IMG/VR virus record: IMGVR_UViG_3300037311_000459
Coordinates: 1 to 39,389 of that record
Source: a virus
Taxonomy: Duplodnaviria; Caudoviricetes
DNA length: 39,389 nucleotides
Reading direction: 5' to 3' (one strand)
The notes under the pieces: generated by a model
What the model saw: only the letters and a program-made list of their open reading frames with translations
The model's database searches: none
What the model was told of the DNA's origin: nothing
Shown: one piece after another, positions 15,352 to 24,509 of the stretch
Layout: each line of letters begins with the position of its first letter
How positions within the stretch are numbered: position 1 is the stretch's first letter
Made by a program: the position numbers and the translations under genes

Positions 15352-17244
15352 TCAGGTCGTGAGCGCGTCCAGCATCGCGGCGAAGCTCTCCGCGCGGCGG
15401 AGGGCGATGTCGACGGACTCGAAGGCATGCACGCGGACAGTGCCGGAATCTGCCCCGGTATAGGGGTTGACCAGGATATCCAGGATGCCCCATTCGGCGA
15501 TCAGCTGATCGGCCCAGTTGCCGAAGAAGATCGCGCTGCAGACACCGGTCGAAGTGCCCTTGGTCAGGTCCGACCGCACCTGGTTGCTGGCCCCGGCGCG
15601 ATAGCCGTTCAGCATGCCGAAACCGCGTTCGGTCTGGTTGTCACCCCAGATGAACATGCCGGTATTGGCCGCCTTCTCGGTCTGCTTCAGCTTGCCGCGC
15701 ACCTTGGCATTCGTCAGGTATCCCAGAGAACCGATATCGGCGTTGTCGACCGCCACTTCGGTTTCCAGGTTGACGATATGCGGCCATGTCGGCGCCAGGC
15801 CGTTGGTTCCGCCGACCACGGAACCGATGCCGGCGGTTGCCGCGATGCCGGTCGGCTGGTTGGACGCGCCAGTGCCGTGCAGCGCGGCCAGATCGATGGC
15901 GAGCGCCAGGATCTGGGTCAGGTCGTTACGCACGAACTGCTCGACCGAGATCGACGACTGCAGCATCAGCTTGCGGCTGAAATCCGTGAACGCCGCGACG
16001 GTCTTCGGCGTCATCGGGATCTGGCCGATCGTCTGCTGCGATTCGGTCGGCGCGCCGCTTTCCGCGATCCAGTAGGCCGTGCCGGGGCCGGTCTGCTTCG
16101 GGATCGCGATGTCGCCGACCAGGCCGGACAGCACCGTGGCGCCCATCTGCCGCACCATCATGCGGTTGCGCAGCAGATCGATGAAGGAATCCGACTTCAG
16201 GTCGGTGGCCTTCAGGTTGCCGCCATCCGCCGCGACCCCGACGGTCAAGTCGCGCTTGCCGCTGGTCTGGATATCCAGCGGCACGAAGAAGCCGCGTGCG
16301 TCCTGCTTCAGTTTCTTGGCGATCTCGCGGCTGGCCTCCTGTTCGAAGCCGGCGAAGGACCAGTCCTGCATCATGCCGGCGCGGATCGCGCGGACGATGC
16401 TGTAGCTCCGGATCTCCCGCTCGCTTAGATCCAGCTGGCTGGGCGGCGTATCCAGCGGCTTCACGTCCTTCCGCTTGATCATGTCGTCCAGGATCAGGCC
16501 GCGGAACTCTTCGATGGTGCGGCCATCGTCGATGGCCTTCTCGCCGAGCTCGCGCACCTGATGGCGGCCGGCGAGCTCGCGGATCTGCTTCACCCGTTCC
16601 CGCTCGAGGCGCAGCGCCTCGCTGCGGACCTGCTCGATATTCACCGCCGGCGGCTGCTGGCCGGTCGACGGCTGCGTCTGCGTCGTCATCTCTCGTTCTC
16701 CTTCGTTTGTGGGGTCCAAGACCTCGACCGGCTTGGCATCGGCATCACCGGACCGCCCGACACCGACAGTTTCGTCGGCGGGGGCAGCCACGATGCTGAT
16801 CTCGTAGGGCTTCCAATCGACGATGCGATAGGTCGCCGTGTCGTCCTTTTCCTCGACCAGAAGGGCGCGGCGGATTTCGTAGCCAACGCTCACGTTGACC
16901 CGAATGCCGTCCAGCACGTCCTTGAAGATCTCGTCAGCGCGCGGCGATCGGCCGAAGCGGACGGTCGCGCGGCCCTTGCGGTCCTTGCCGAACTCGGCGC
17001 CTTCGACCACGCCGACCTGGTCGCGGAAGGAATGATCGACCAGCAACGGCGCGCGGCCGGACTTGATCCACCCGGTATCGACTTCGCCGTCGCCATGTCC
17101 CAGGATTTCGACACCCCACCAGCGCTCGACCGGCTCTTCCGAAGAAAACGCCAGTTCTATCGTGCGGGCTTCGGGGTCCGCCTTCTCGCGCACGAAGGTC
17201 GCCTGCCGCCGCTGCGGCGGCAGCCGCAATTCACGTCGAGTCAT
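15352..17244 (-). CDS. Prohead protease - major capsid protein fusion (HK97 fold)
   Basis: N-terminal protease motifs (PLLVDH, VSVGY, PYEISIVAAPAD) followed by capsid motifs (AYWIAESGAPTES, TPKTVAA, FFGNW). Confidence 0.92.
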   Translation of the reverse strand: MTRRELRLPPQRRQATFVREKADPEARTIELAFSSEEPVERWWGVEILGHGDGEVDTGWIKSGRAPLLVDHSFRDQVGVVEGAEFGKDRKGRATVRFGRSPRADEIFKDVLDGIRVNVSVGYEIRRALLVEEKDDTATYRIVDWKPYEISIVAAPADETVGVGRSGDADAKPVEVLDPTNEGEREMTTQTQPSTGQQPPAVNIEQVRSEALRLERERVKQIRELAGRHQVRELGEKAIDDGRTIEEFRGLILDDMIKRKDVKPLDTPPSQLDLSEREIRSYSIVRAIRAGMMQDWSFAGFEQEASREIAKKLKQDARGFFVPLDIQTSGKRDLTVGVAADGGNLKATDLKSDSFIDLLRNRMMVRQMGATVLSGLVGDIAIPKQTGPGTAYWIAESGAPTESQQTIGQIPMTPKTVAAFTDFSRKLMLQSSISVEQFVRNDLTQILALAIDLAALHGTGASNQPTGIAATAGIGSVVGGTNGLAPTWPHIVNLETEVAVDNADIGSLGYLTNAKVRGKLKQTEKAANTGMFIWGDNQTERGFGMLNGYRAGASNQVRSDLTKGTSTGVCSAIFFGNWADQLIAEWGILDILVNPYTGADSGTVRVHAFESVDIALRRAESFAAMLDALTT

Positions 17245-17253
17245 GTGAAGCTC

Positions 17254-18831
17254 CTAGCTTTCCGAAGAGGCTTTCTTGTCGCCGTCGCCGTCGTCGTCGG
17301 ACGGCTCCGGCTTCGCGGCCGGCGGCTTGGGCTTGGCGCTCACGTCGACGCCATAGCGCTTCGCCATCTCCTGTTCGCGCTGCAGCTGGGCGAACGTGTC
17401 TTCCAGGTCCCGACCCTGTTCGGCCGCGATCTCGGTTCGCGTCTTTACACCGAGCGCCACGGCACGCTCGTTCGCCTCGATCTCCTTCACCGGATCGACC
17501 CACTGCCAGCCGCGGGGAGCCCAGATCGCGCCGGCGATCAAGGCATCGAAGCGGTCGGTTCCCAGTTTCACGCTCTGCGTCAGCAACGCCATGGATAGCC
17601 AGGCGGCGAAGATCGGCTCGCAGATCTCTTCGATCGCCCAGCTCTGCCAATCGCGCCAGTCGTCGCGCTGATCAAGCTCTCCGGCACGCAGGGAACTGAA
17701 ATTGACCCCCTCAAGGTCGTTCGCCAGCAGATTGTAGCTGGCGCCCATGCCCGCGGCGGCGCCGCGCAACGCGGTTTTCATGAATGGGCCGTAATTGGAG
17801 TTCGGATGCTGCCAATCAACGACTTTGACGTCCATTCCGGCCGGGAGCTCTTCCAGGACCCCCGGCTCGGCGTCGCTGATCATGTTGCCTTCCGCGTCCT
17901 TGTCGTCACCCTCGATCGGCGGGCCTTCCTCTTCGCGGGTGAAGAAGGCCATCTTCGACGCCGCCGTCCGGGCTGCAGTGACTTCTGCCTCTTCATACCC
18001 GCCGAGCATGTTCAACCGGCGCATGGCGGACGCCATCTCGGTCACGCCGCGGGCATCGCCGATCCTCTCCGGGCGAAAGGCATGGATCATCTCTTCGGCG
18101 GCGATGCGCTGCAGCTTCATTCCGCTGCCGGACTGAATGTCGTCCCCCGGGTGCCAGGCCCGCAGGAAATAGGCGACGGGCCGGCCCCATTCGTCCCGCT
18201 CGACTCCCATGCGGATTTCGTGGCCCTTGGGCAGGCTATAGCCACCGATCCCGCCGCCGCGGGGAACGTTGACATCGTCCGCAAGATGATCGGCTTCGAC
18301 GAACTGGATCGCGAACCGATCGGCGTTTCTCCACCCACGCACCAGCCGGATCAGCACTTCGCCGTCGCGTGCGGCCGTGCGCACCGCCATGGCGACCGCG
18401 CGGCGCCAGGTGTAATAGCCGCAGACCGTGCAATTGCCCTTCTTGCCCCAGCGCAGCCAGCCGGCTTCAACCTTGTTGTTCTCCTCGTCCAGCAGCCGGC
18501 CATCCGTCGACCGGACCCGCATCTGCAGGGCAATGCCACTGTGGCCGACCGCGTTGTTCCGGAGCAGCCGCAGATAGCGGCGGGCATAGTCGTTGTTGAT
18601 CGCCAGGCTGCGCGCGCGGCCCCGCAAGACCCGCAACGAAGGACGGATATCGGCATTGCCCGACAGAATCGTGCCCTGCCAATCCTGGGTCAGCCGATCG
18701 ATTTGGCCGGCGCTATAGCCGCGGGCGAATCCCGGCTGCCGCGGCAGGCGCGCGGCAACGATCGGCATCAGGCGCGGCTCCACCTTCGCCGGCGCTTCAT
18801 CGGCACGGCGGGCCCACGGCCAAAGCTTCAT
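17254..18831 (-). CDS. Portal protein, lambda family
   Basis: LRGRARSLAINNDYA, RDGEVL, MGVERDEWGRPVAY, VNFSSLRAG, RGWQWVDPVKE. Confidence 0.95.
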   Translation of the reverse strand: MKLWPWARRADEAPAKVEPRLMPIVAARLPRQPGFARGYSAGQIDRLTQDWQGTILSGNADIRPSLRVLRGRARSLAINNDYARRYLRLLRNNAVGHSGIALQMRVRSTDGRLLDEENNKVEAGWLRWGKKGNCTVCGYYTWRRAVAMAVRTAARDGEVLIRLVRGWRNADRFAIQFVEADHLADDVNVPRGGGIGGYSLPKGHEIRMGVERDEWGRPVAYFLRAWHPGDDIQSGSGMKLQRIAAEEMIHAFRPERIGDARGVTEMASAMRRLNMLGGYEEAEVTAARTAASKMAFFTREEEGPPIEGDDKDAEGNMISDAEPGVLEELPAGMDVKVVDWQHPNSNYGPFMKTALRGAAAGMGASYNLLANDLEGVNFSSLRAGELDQRDDWRDWQSWAIEEICEPIFAAWLSMALLTQSVKLGTDRFDALIAGAIWAPRGWQWVDPVKEIEANERAVALGVKTRTEIAAEQGRDLEDTFAQLQREQEMAKRYGVDVSAKPKPPAAKPEPSDDDGDGDKKASSES

Positions 18832-18834
18832 CGT

Positions 18835-19386
18835 TTAGTGCCCCTTGAAACGCGTCAGGATGCGGCGGCTGCCGCCGCCATTCTGCTGCCGGACCTCGCG
18901 CGCCACCTCGGCGCGATAGCGCTCACGCAGCTTGATCAGATCCCCCAGCGGCGTCCGCTTCAGGCTCAGCCCGTCGATCTCGAGCTCTTCCTGGTCCTTG
19001 GACGCGCGCTTCTCCAGCACCGCTTCGACGGCCGCCAGGACCTTTTCCGCATGCGTGCGGCCGTCATGGGCGCCCGCGGCGGCAAGATTGGCGCGAACCT
19101 CGATCTGCCCTCGCCCCACCTCATAGCGCTCTCCGGCTTTCGTGACGAAGGCTGCCCAGACATAGCTGCCGACTGCCCAACCGGCGCTGGTTGCTGCCGC
19201 AACGGACACGGCGAAGGCGTCGCCATCGCCGGTCGCCGCGATGTTGATCTGCGCCGCGGCGTTGCGCAGCGCATAGCTCAGGCTCCATCCCGCGCCCGCG
19301 GGGAAATCCGCCAGATCCTCGCGACGCCACTTGATGGTGTCGCCGGCCGTGATCTGCTTCGGCTCGCTCAGCGGAATATCCGCCAT
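18835..19386 (-). CDS. Head-tail adaptor (gpW-like C-terminus, beta-sandwich N-terminus)
   Basis: Between terminase and portal; TGATG coupling; ELEIDGLSLKRTPLGDLIKLRERY pattern. Confidence 0.7.
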   Translation of the reverse strand: MADIPLSEPKQITAGDTIKWRREDLADFPAGAGWSLSYALRNAAAQINIAATGDGDAFAVSVAAATSAGWAVGSYVWAAFVTKAGERYEVGRGQIEVRANLAAAGAHDGRTHAEKVLAAVEAVLEKRASKDQEELEIDGLSLKRTPLGDLIKLRERYRAEVAREVRQQNGGGSRRILTRFKGH

Positions 19387-21350
19387 CAGTTTCTCCAACC
19401 CTGGACAAAGCCGCTTCGCCGGAACGGCCGGCGAACGGCCGGCCGTGGCACGGGCGGCCGATCATCTGCCTGCCGCTCTTCCGTCAGATCCGCCAGCAAT
19501 GCCCCCGTCTCCTCGACAGGGACCGGGGCGCGCAACGCCTGAAGTCTCAGCCACGCCTGCGGATCGTTTTCCGCAACCTTGAAGCGCTTGGCCGCCCTGT
19601 GAAAGGCCGCCATGTTGTAGATCCGGCAGTCGTGATAGTGGTTCTCGCCTGCCGCATGCCATTCGTGCCGCAGCCGGCCGCGCACCTGATGCTCCTTCAG
19701 GTATTCCGCCGTCAGCTGCTGAAAGAACGTCAGATCGTGCGCGGTCGAGAAATGGCAGTAGCCCGCCGGAAAACGCTCGTCGCCCGCCTGCGGCGGGCCC
19801 TTCCGCAGGTTCGCATACAACTCGCTCTTCAGGTTCCAGACATAGACCGGCCAGATCAGCATGCCGCGACGGCGCTTCTTGCCGTTGTAGGTCACGTCCA
19901 CTTTCGACGGACCCGCGAAGACCGCACGCTCCCAGCCGTCGACGCCCTTGACGGCCATCGCGAAGGTCTTGCTGCGGACCCAGGCATAGACCTGGTTCGT
20001 GCAATAACCGCTGTCGATCGCCATCATGTCGATCCGGCGGTATGTGCCGAAGGCGGTCGCGAACTCGCGCTCATAGAGCGCCGTCAGCTGCGCCCAGACC
20101 GCCCCGGTCGCCGGGTCTTCGGCCGGATCGCCTTGGATGAATCCGTAGTCGATCGACCAGCTTTCCTTGCCGACGCCCCAGGCGACGATCTCATAGAACA
20201 CGCCCGTCTTCTGCACATCGACCGCGCAGGTCACGATCAAGCCGCCGGCCGGAATGCGGCCGAGCTCGTAATTCTCCGCCCGCTCGTGCAACTCCGTGGC
20301 CGGCGGCGCCTCGCCCTTCTCGTCCCAGGTTTCGCCGAGCCAGAGGTTGACGAAAGTCTTCAGCAGCGAAGGATCGTCCTTCGCATCGACGAACGCCTTC
20401 GCCATCTTGTCCCAGGTCGTCAGGGGCGAGTAGAGCGAGTTGATCTTGAAGCTTGGCTGCCGCCCGACGCCGGGCATCCGCGCAACCCACTTGCCGCGCG
20501 CCAGCATCTCACGCTTCCGCCAGTGCGGGATCAGGATGCCGCAATGCCCGCAGGCGTAGTGCGCGTTGTGCGGCGCCGTCGCACTGAACTTCAGGTTCTT
20601 GAAGTTCAACGTCTGAAAGCCGCCGCATTCCGAGCAGGGCACCTCGAATTCGCGCTGATCGCCGGCAAGATAGGCGCGCTCGACGCGGCTGCGCCCCTTG
20701 ATCGTCGGGGTCGAGACCTGCAGCGCCTTCGCCAGACCGCTTTCGTGGTAGCTCATCTGCCGGGCATCGGCCATCTTGTCCGGGTCGCCCTGGCCGGCCA
20801 CGTCCAGCGGCCATTCGTCCCAATCGTCCTTGATCAGGTAGCGGATCGATTTCTGCCGCAGGCCGGCCGTGCTGTTCGCGCCCGTGATCACCATGAAGCC
20901 GCCGGGGAAGCGCTTGAAGAGCGTCGTCGATCCCTTGTTGTCGCGGCTCTTCTGGTCGACGATGCGCGCCCGCATGCGCGGCGTCGCCTCGATCGTCGGC
21001 TCCAGCTTCTCGCGGACCCAGGCCTTCGCCGCATCGACGGTCGGATGCACCACCAGCGCCGGCCCCGGCGCCTGGTCGGCGATGAAGCCCAGGAAGTTGT
21101 TCGCGGTTTCCGAACCGCCCGATTGCGCTCCCTTCTGGACCGTGACGCTTTCGCTCGGATGCGACGGCGACAGGCACTCCATGATCTCGGTCAGGTATGG
21201 CACTTCGTCGTTCCGCCAGCGGCCAGGCTTGACCGACGCCTCCTTGGCCAGGAAGCGATGCTGCTCCGCCCAGGCGCTGACCGTCGTCTCCGGATCTGGG
21301 CGCAGGCCGGCCGCGAAGCCGCGCGCATAGATCACGCCTCCATCAGGCAT
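19386..21350 (-). CDS. Terminase large subunit (lambda GpA family)
   Basis: KGAQSGGSE Walker A, YLIKDDWD Walker B, VSTPT, Cys-pair zinc motif, AVDVQ nuclease motif, ENHYHDC. Confidence 0.95.
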   Translation of the reverse strand: MPDGGVIYARGFAAGLRPDPETTVSAWAEQHRFLAKEASVKPGRWRNDEVPYLTEIMECLSPSHPSESVTVQKGAQSGGSETANNFLGFIADQAPGPALVVHPTVDAAKAWVREKLEPTIEATPRMRARIVDQKSRDNKGSTTLFKRFPGGFMVITGANSTAGLRQKSIRYLIKDDWDEWPLDVAGQGDPDKMADARQMSYHESGLAKALQVSTPTIKGRSRVERAYLAGDQREFEVPCSECGGFQTLNFKNLKFSATAPHNAHYACGHCGILIPHWRKREMLARGKWVARMPGVGRQPSFKINSLYSPLTTWDKMAKAFVDAKDDPSLLKTFVNLWLGETWDEKGEAPPATELHERAENYELGRIPAGGLIVTCAVDVQKTGVFYEIVAWGVGKESWSIDYGFIQGDPAEDPATGAVWAQLTALYEREFATAFGTYRRIDMMAIDSGYCTNQVYAWVRSKTFAMAVKGVDGWERAVFAGPSKVDVTYNGKKRRRGMLIWPVYVWNLKSELYANLRKGPPQAGDERFPAGYCHFSTAHDLTFFQQLTAEYLKEHQVRGRLRHEWHAAGENHYHDCRIYNMAAFHRAAKRFKVAENDPQAWLRLQALRAPVPVEETGALLADLTEERQADDRPPVPRPAVRRPFRRSGFVQGWRN

Positions 21351-21927
21351 CGTCCGCTTCCGTCGCCGCGGCGGCTTCGTTTAGGGCTGCCGTCAGCGCC
21401 GCCTTGATCGCCTGCGCCACCTCGCGTTCGTCGGTCAGCCCTAGCAGCTTGCCGGCGACCTGCTGCGGCACGGCCAGGATGCGGTCCCGCAGGCGCCGCC
21501 CTTCGTCGAAGGCGCGGCGATCGACCGCCGCCTTGTCCACCAGGCGGCCCTCGATCTCGTCCAGTTCCAGTCGCAGCTTGCGCTGCTTCAGGATCTCGGT
21601 ATCGGTCTTGACCAACGCGAAGCTGCCCTGGGGCGCGCGGTCGTCGGCATCGTCGTCATCGGGCAGCGAAGATACCGGCCGCTGCGTCGCCGCGCCGAGT
21701 TCGCGCGACGGATCGCGGCGCGCGGCGATCATGGCGTCCGCCAGGGCCGGGTTGATCTTCCCCTCGATCGACAGGGCCGGCGAAGTCAGGATGCCCTGGT
21801 TGATCAGCTTCGTGATGTAGCTGGGCGCGCAGCCGCGATGCCTGGCATAGTCGCTCTTGCTGATCCAGGTGGCGCGCGGCGCCTCCGGCAGCGGCCTTGC
21901 GCCCGTCACCGGCTCCAACTCCAACAC
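21343..21927 (-). CDS. Terminase small subunit
   Basis: N-terminal HTH (SKSDYARHRGCAPSYITKL), coiled coil ending EGRLVD; upstream of the large subunit. Confidence 0.85.
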   Translation of the reverse strand: MLELEPVTGARPLPEAPRATWISKSDYARHRGCAPSYITKLINQGILTSPALSIEGKINPALADAMIAARRDPSRELGAATQRPVSSLPDDDDADDRAPQGSFALVKTDTEILKQRKLRLELDEIEGRLVDKAAVDRRAFDEGRRLRDRILAVPQQVAGKLLGLTDEREVAQAIKAALTAALNEAAAATEADDA

Positions 21928-21939
21928 GGTTCCCTCTCG

Positions 21940-22065
21940 CTTTAACCGGCCTTCACCGGCCCCTTAACCGGGGGTGAAGGCGATTGCACCTTGTTTCGAA
22001 AATTCCCAACTAGCGGTTTCCCGCGCCTCGACCACGCGTGATAGGGGGTGGCCTGGGGAGGACCC
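21940..22065 (-). other. Putative cos site (cosQ-cosN-cosB-like)
   Basis: GGGTCCT (22065-22059), then ACG-CGTGGTCGAGG-CGCGGG, then CGCTA...AATTTT, mirroring lambda cos; TT(A/C)ACCGG repeats near terS. Confidence 0.7.
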
Positions 22066-22160
22066 GCGATCTCAATGTTGACTAAGATGAAGGGGCGGCG
22101 CCGCAACCTTCATGAAGATCACTACGCGGCGGCTAACAGCCGGGAAGCGCCCTGCCTCAA

Positions 22161-22194
22161 ATGCAAAGCGCCCGGACCGATTCGGGCCGGGCGC
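22161..22194 (-). terminator. tR'-like terminator upstream of the late genes
   Basis: GCGCCCGG...CCGGGCGC stem followed by TTTGCATTT on the minus strand. Confidence 0.7.
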
Positions 22195-22214
22195 AATCAT
22201 CACCACTAGGAAGT

Positions 22215-22243
22215 CTTATACGCTCAGCCTGAGGCTGATGCAA
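22215..22243 (-). promoter_or_regulatory. Putative late promoter (pR'-like)
   Basis: TTGCAT - 17 nt - TATAAG with a perfect inverted repeat TCAGCCT-g-AGGCTGA lying almost entirely in the spacer. Confidence 0.65.
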
Positions 22244-22760
22244 TCTCATTCTGCGATTGCACTTGCTCTTCACGTTCGTAGCCATAGTGATCGCCCAGCA
22301 TATCGAGCGCGAGCCTCAATATCGTCGGACCATCGATAACGCGTCGACCGACCTGCCGTGCCCACTCTTCGCTCGAATGATCGAGCAAGCACACATGCAC
22401 GATCACACCGCTTAGGCGGTCCGTAAGGCGCTTCATCGCCGCTCGATAGGCCTTGTAGGCATCGATCTGCTTCTGGCTTTCGCCATCGTTGCCGGCGACG
22501 CGCGGCTCATAGCTTGACGTGATGCGCTTCGGCAGGCCCGCGGCAAACCAGTCGGCATAGACCTTCCGGCCGGCCATAAACTGCCGATGCGTGATCAGCT
22601 TCCGCTTCAGGTAGCGATCCAGCATGGTCTGGCCGCGCACCCGGGCGCGCGCATGCTTCGCCGTCGCGCCCCGCTCGATCACGATCTCCGCGTGCTGGCG
22701 CAACTCCGCCGACCCGAGATCGGTCACAGCTTCCGTCGCTTCATCGTTCGCTGGCTTCAT
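22224..22760 (-). CDS. DUF6456-like late regulator / antiterminator (Q position)
   Basis: LDRYLKRKLITHRQFMAGRKV..DW..AG...VIVHVCLLD...LRLALDMLGDHYG pattern; located between replication genes and cos. Confidence 0.72.
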   Translation of the reverse strand: MKPANDEATEAVTDLGSAELRQHAEIVIERGATAKHARARVRGQTMLDRYLKRKLITHRQFMAGRKVYADWFAAGLPKRITSSYEPRVAGNDGESQKQIDAYKAYRAAMKRLTDRLSGVIVHVCLLDHSSEEWARQVGRRVIDGPTILRLALDMLGDHYGYEREEQVQSQNEIASASG

Positions 22761-22775
22761 TGTTACCCTTCTTCT

Positions 22776-22932
22776 GGACGATTGGACGATATGGACGATT
22801 TTCTATGGAGACTCATGCGCGCCTGCGCGCCTCATGAAAGCGACCTGAGAAATCGTCCAGATCGTCCCTATCGTCCAAAGCCGTTATCCTTCAGTTGGTT
22901 GCTTGCCGGACGATGCTGGACGATTGGACGAT
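22776..22932. repeat. Iteron array, putative replication origin
   Basis: Nine GGACGAT heptamers: direct at 22776, 22784, 22793; inverted at 22852, 22861, 22870; direct at 22908, 22918, 22926. Confidence 0.85.
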
Positions 22933-24509
22933 CACTCCGGCCCGTCATAGGTGTCGGGTGGCGGCGTATCATCATGGGGTGCGTCTTCTCCTGCTTCATC
23001 GCCGCCCTCGAATTCGATCAGTTCGATGTCCTGATAGAAGTAGACCCCGATCTTCGTCCGCTTGTAGCCGAGCGCCGTCAGCTGCTCCCCGAGGCGCTTC
23101 TGGCTGACCAGCATGAAGCCATTCGTCTTCGCCCACTTCGCATAGGCCTTGTAGATGACCTTGGCCTGCAGGGTGTTCCCGGGTTTCGAGCGCAGGGCTT
23201 CCGCCGCAAACTGGTTGATCGGGTCGCTGTCGGCCTTGTATTCGCCGGTCGCGTCATGCACCGACGTCGGCTCGATCAGGCCGTTGTCCATCCAGTCGCG
23301 CAGCCCGTCCAGCATCCATAGGAGGATGCCGTCGCGCTCCGCCTTCAGCTTCTCCGCAAGGTGCAGGTCGCGCTCTTCGGCCGGGATCGTCACGTCGAAG
23401 GGCACGATGCGGATGCGCCGCCAGATGCCTTCGTCCTGCCCCCGGATAGTGGGGCGCACGTTGACCGCCATGGTGACCTTGAACTGCGGCCGGAATTCGA
23501 TGAAGGGCTGATTGAGATTGCGCGCCGTCATGATCTCGCCGCCCGTCATCACCTTCACGATGCTCTCCGACAGCCGCTGCCCGCTCTCCGGCTCGGTGGT
23601 CGTCACGTATCGCTTGGCCGGCAACTGCGCCAGATCCGGCGAAGGCCCGCTGCCCGTCTTGTTCTTGGAGAACATCAGCGAATCGATCTGCAGCGTCACG
23701 GAGTAGTCGGCGAAGATATCCTTCATCACGTCCATGTAGGTCGATTTGCCATTGGCGCCGCGACCGGTCTTGATCACGATCTTCTGTTCCGATGTGTCGG
23801 CGGTCAGGCAGTAGCCATGCCAGGCCTGCAGGAAGCGCTGCACATCTTCGTCCGGCAGCACCCGATCGTTGAACTCGCGCCACAGCGGGCATTCGGCACC
23901 CGGCCTATAAGCGACGTTCGCCAGCTTCGTGATCCGGTCGTCCGGATCGTGCCGCTTCAATCTCACGCGCGCCGCGCCGCCCTCCCCCGACCGGTCGAAG
24001 ATCAGCGTGCCGTTCTCGCAGTTGAAGTAGTAAGGCTTGGCGTCCATTTCGGAGGCGGGCAGACGCAGATAGGGCAGCGCCGCCGCCAGCATCGACCGCG
24101 ACCTGCCTGTATTGCCCGTTTCGATTGCCCAATGATGCAGCATGCCGGCGCGGGTGCGCAGCTGCTGTTCGTCGATGCCGCTGATCCGGTCGCCATCGTC
24201 ACGCTTCACCATTTCGTCGGCATAGTGGCGCAACGCCGCGGCTTCGGCATGGATGGCCCGGGCCGCCTCATGCGCGCGCTTCATCGCCTCCGCCTCACCG
24301 GCCACGGCATTCCACCTCTTGCCGTCCCAAACATGCCAGCCGACGCCATCGACGCTGACGATTTCCTTGCCGAAGCGGCGAACCAAGCGCTGCCCATTGC
24401 CATAGTCGTTCATCGGCAGGCGCGACAGATCCAGGTCGAGCCGACGCGGCTCCGCGACCGCGCTCAGGACCAGCTCGGCGATGTCTTGTTCCGCGCGGCG
24501 CAAACTCAT
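22932..24509 (-). CDS. P4/D5-family SF3 helicase (primase-associated ATPase)
   Basis: NDYGNGQRL, FNCENGTL, GRGANGKST Walker A, KVMTGGE, DEGIWRRIRIVPF, C-terminal winged helix. Confidence 0.93.
   Translation of the reverse strand: MSLRRAEQDIAELVLSAVAEPRRLDLDLSRLPMNDYGNGQRLVRRFGKEIVSVDGVGWHVWDGKRWNAVAGEAEAMKRAHEAARAIHAEAAALRHYADEMVKRDDGDRISGIDEQQLRTRAGMLHHWAIETGNTGRSRSMLAAALPYLRLPASEMDAKPYYFNCENGTLIFDRSGEGGAARVRLKRHDPDDRITKLANVAYRPGAECPLWREFNDRVLPDEDVQRFLQAWHGYCLTADTSEQKIVIKTGRGANGKSTYMDVMKDIFADYSVTLQIDSLMFSKNKTGSGPSPDLAQLPAKRYVTTTEPESGQRLSESIVKVMTGGEIMTARNLNQPFIEFRPQFKVTMAVNVRPTIRGQDEGIWRRIRIVPFDVTIPAEERDLHLAEKLKAERDGILLWMLDGLRDWMDNGLIEPTSVHDATGEYKADSDPINQFAAEALRSKPGNTLQAKVIYKAYAKWAKTNGFMLVSQKRLGEQLTALGYKRTKIGVYFYQDIELIEFEGGDEAGEDAPHDDTPPPDTYDGPE

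Noticed and set aside
17806-21407. Long plus-strand ORFs (578 and 602 aa)
   Set aside because: Shadows of the portal and terminase genes, which have clear motifs on the minus strand
22776-22932. CRISPR-like array
   Set aside because: Repeats are 7 bp with 1-3 nt gaps and mixed orientation; no spacers or cas genes
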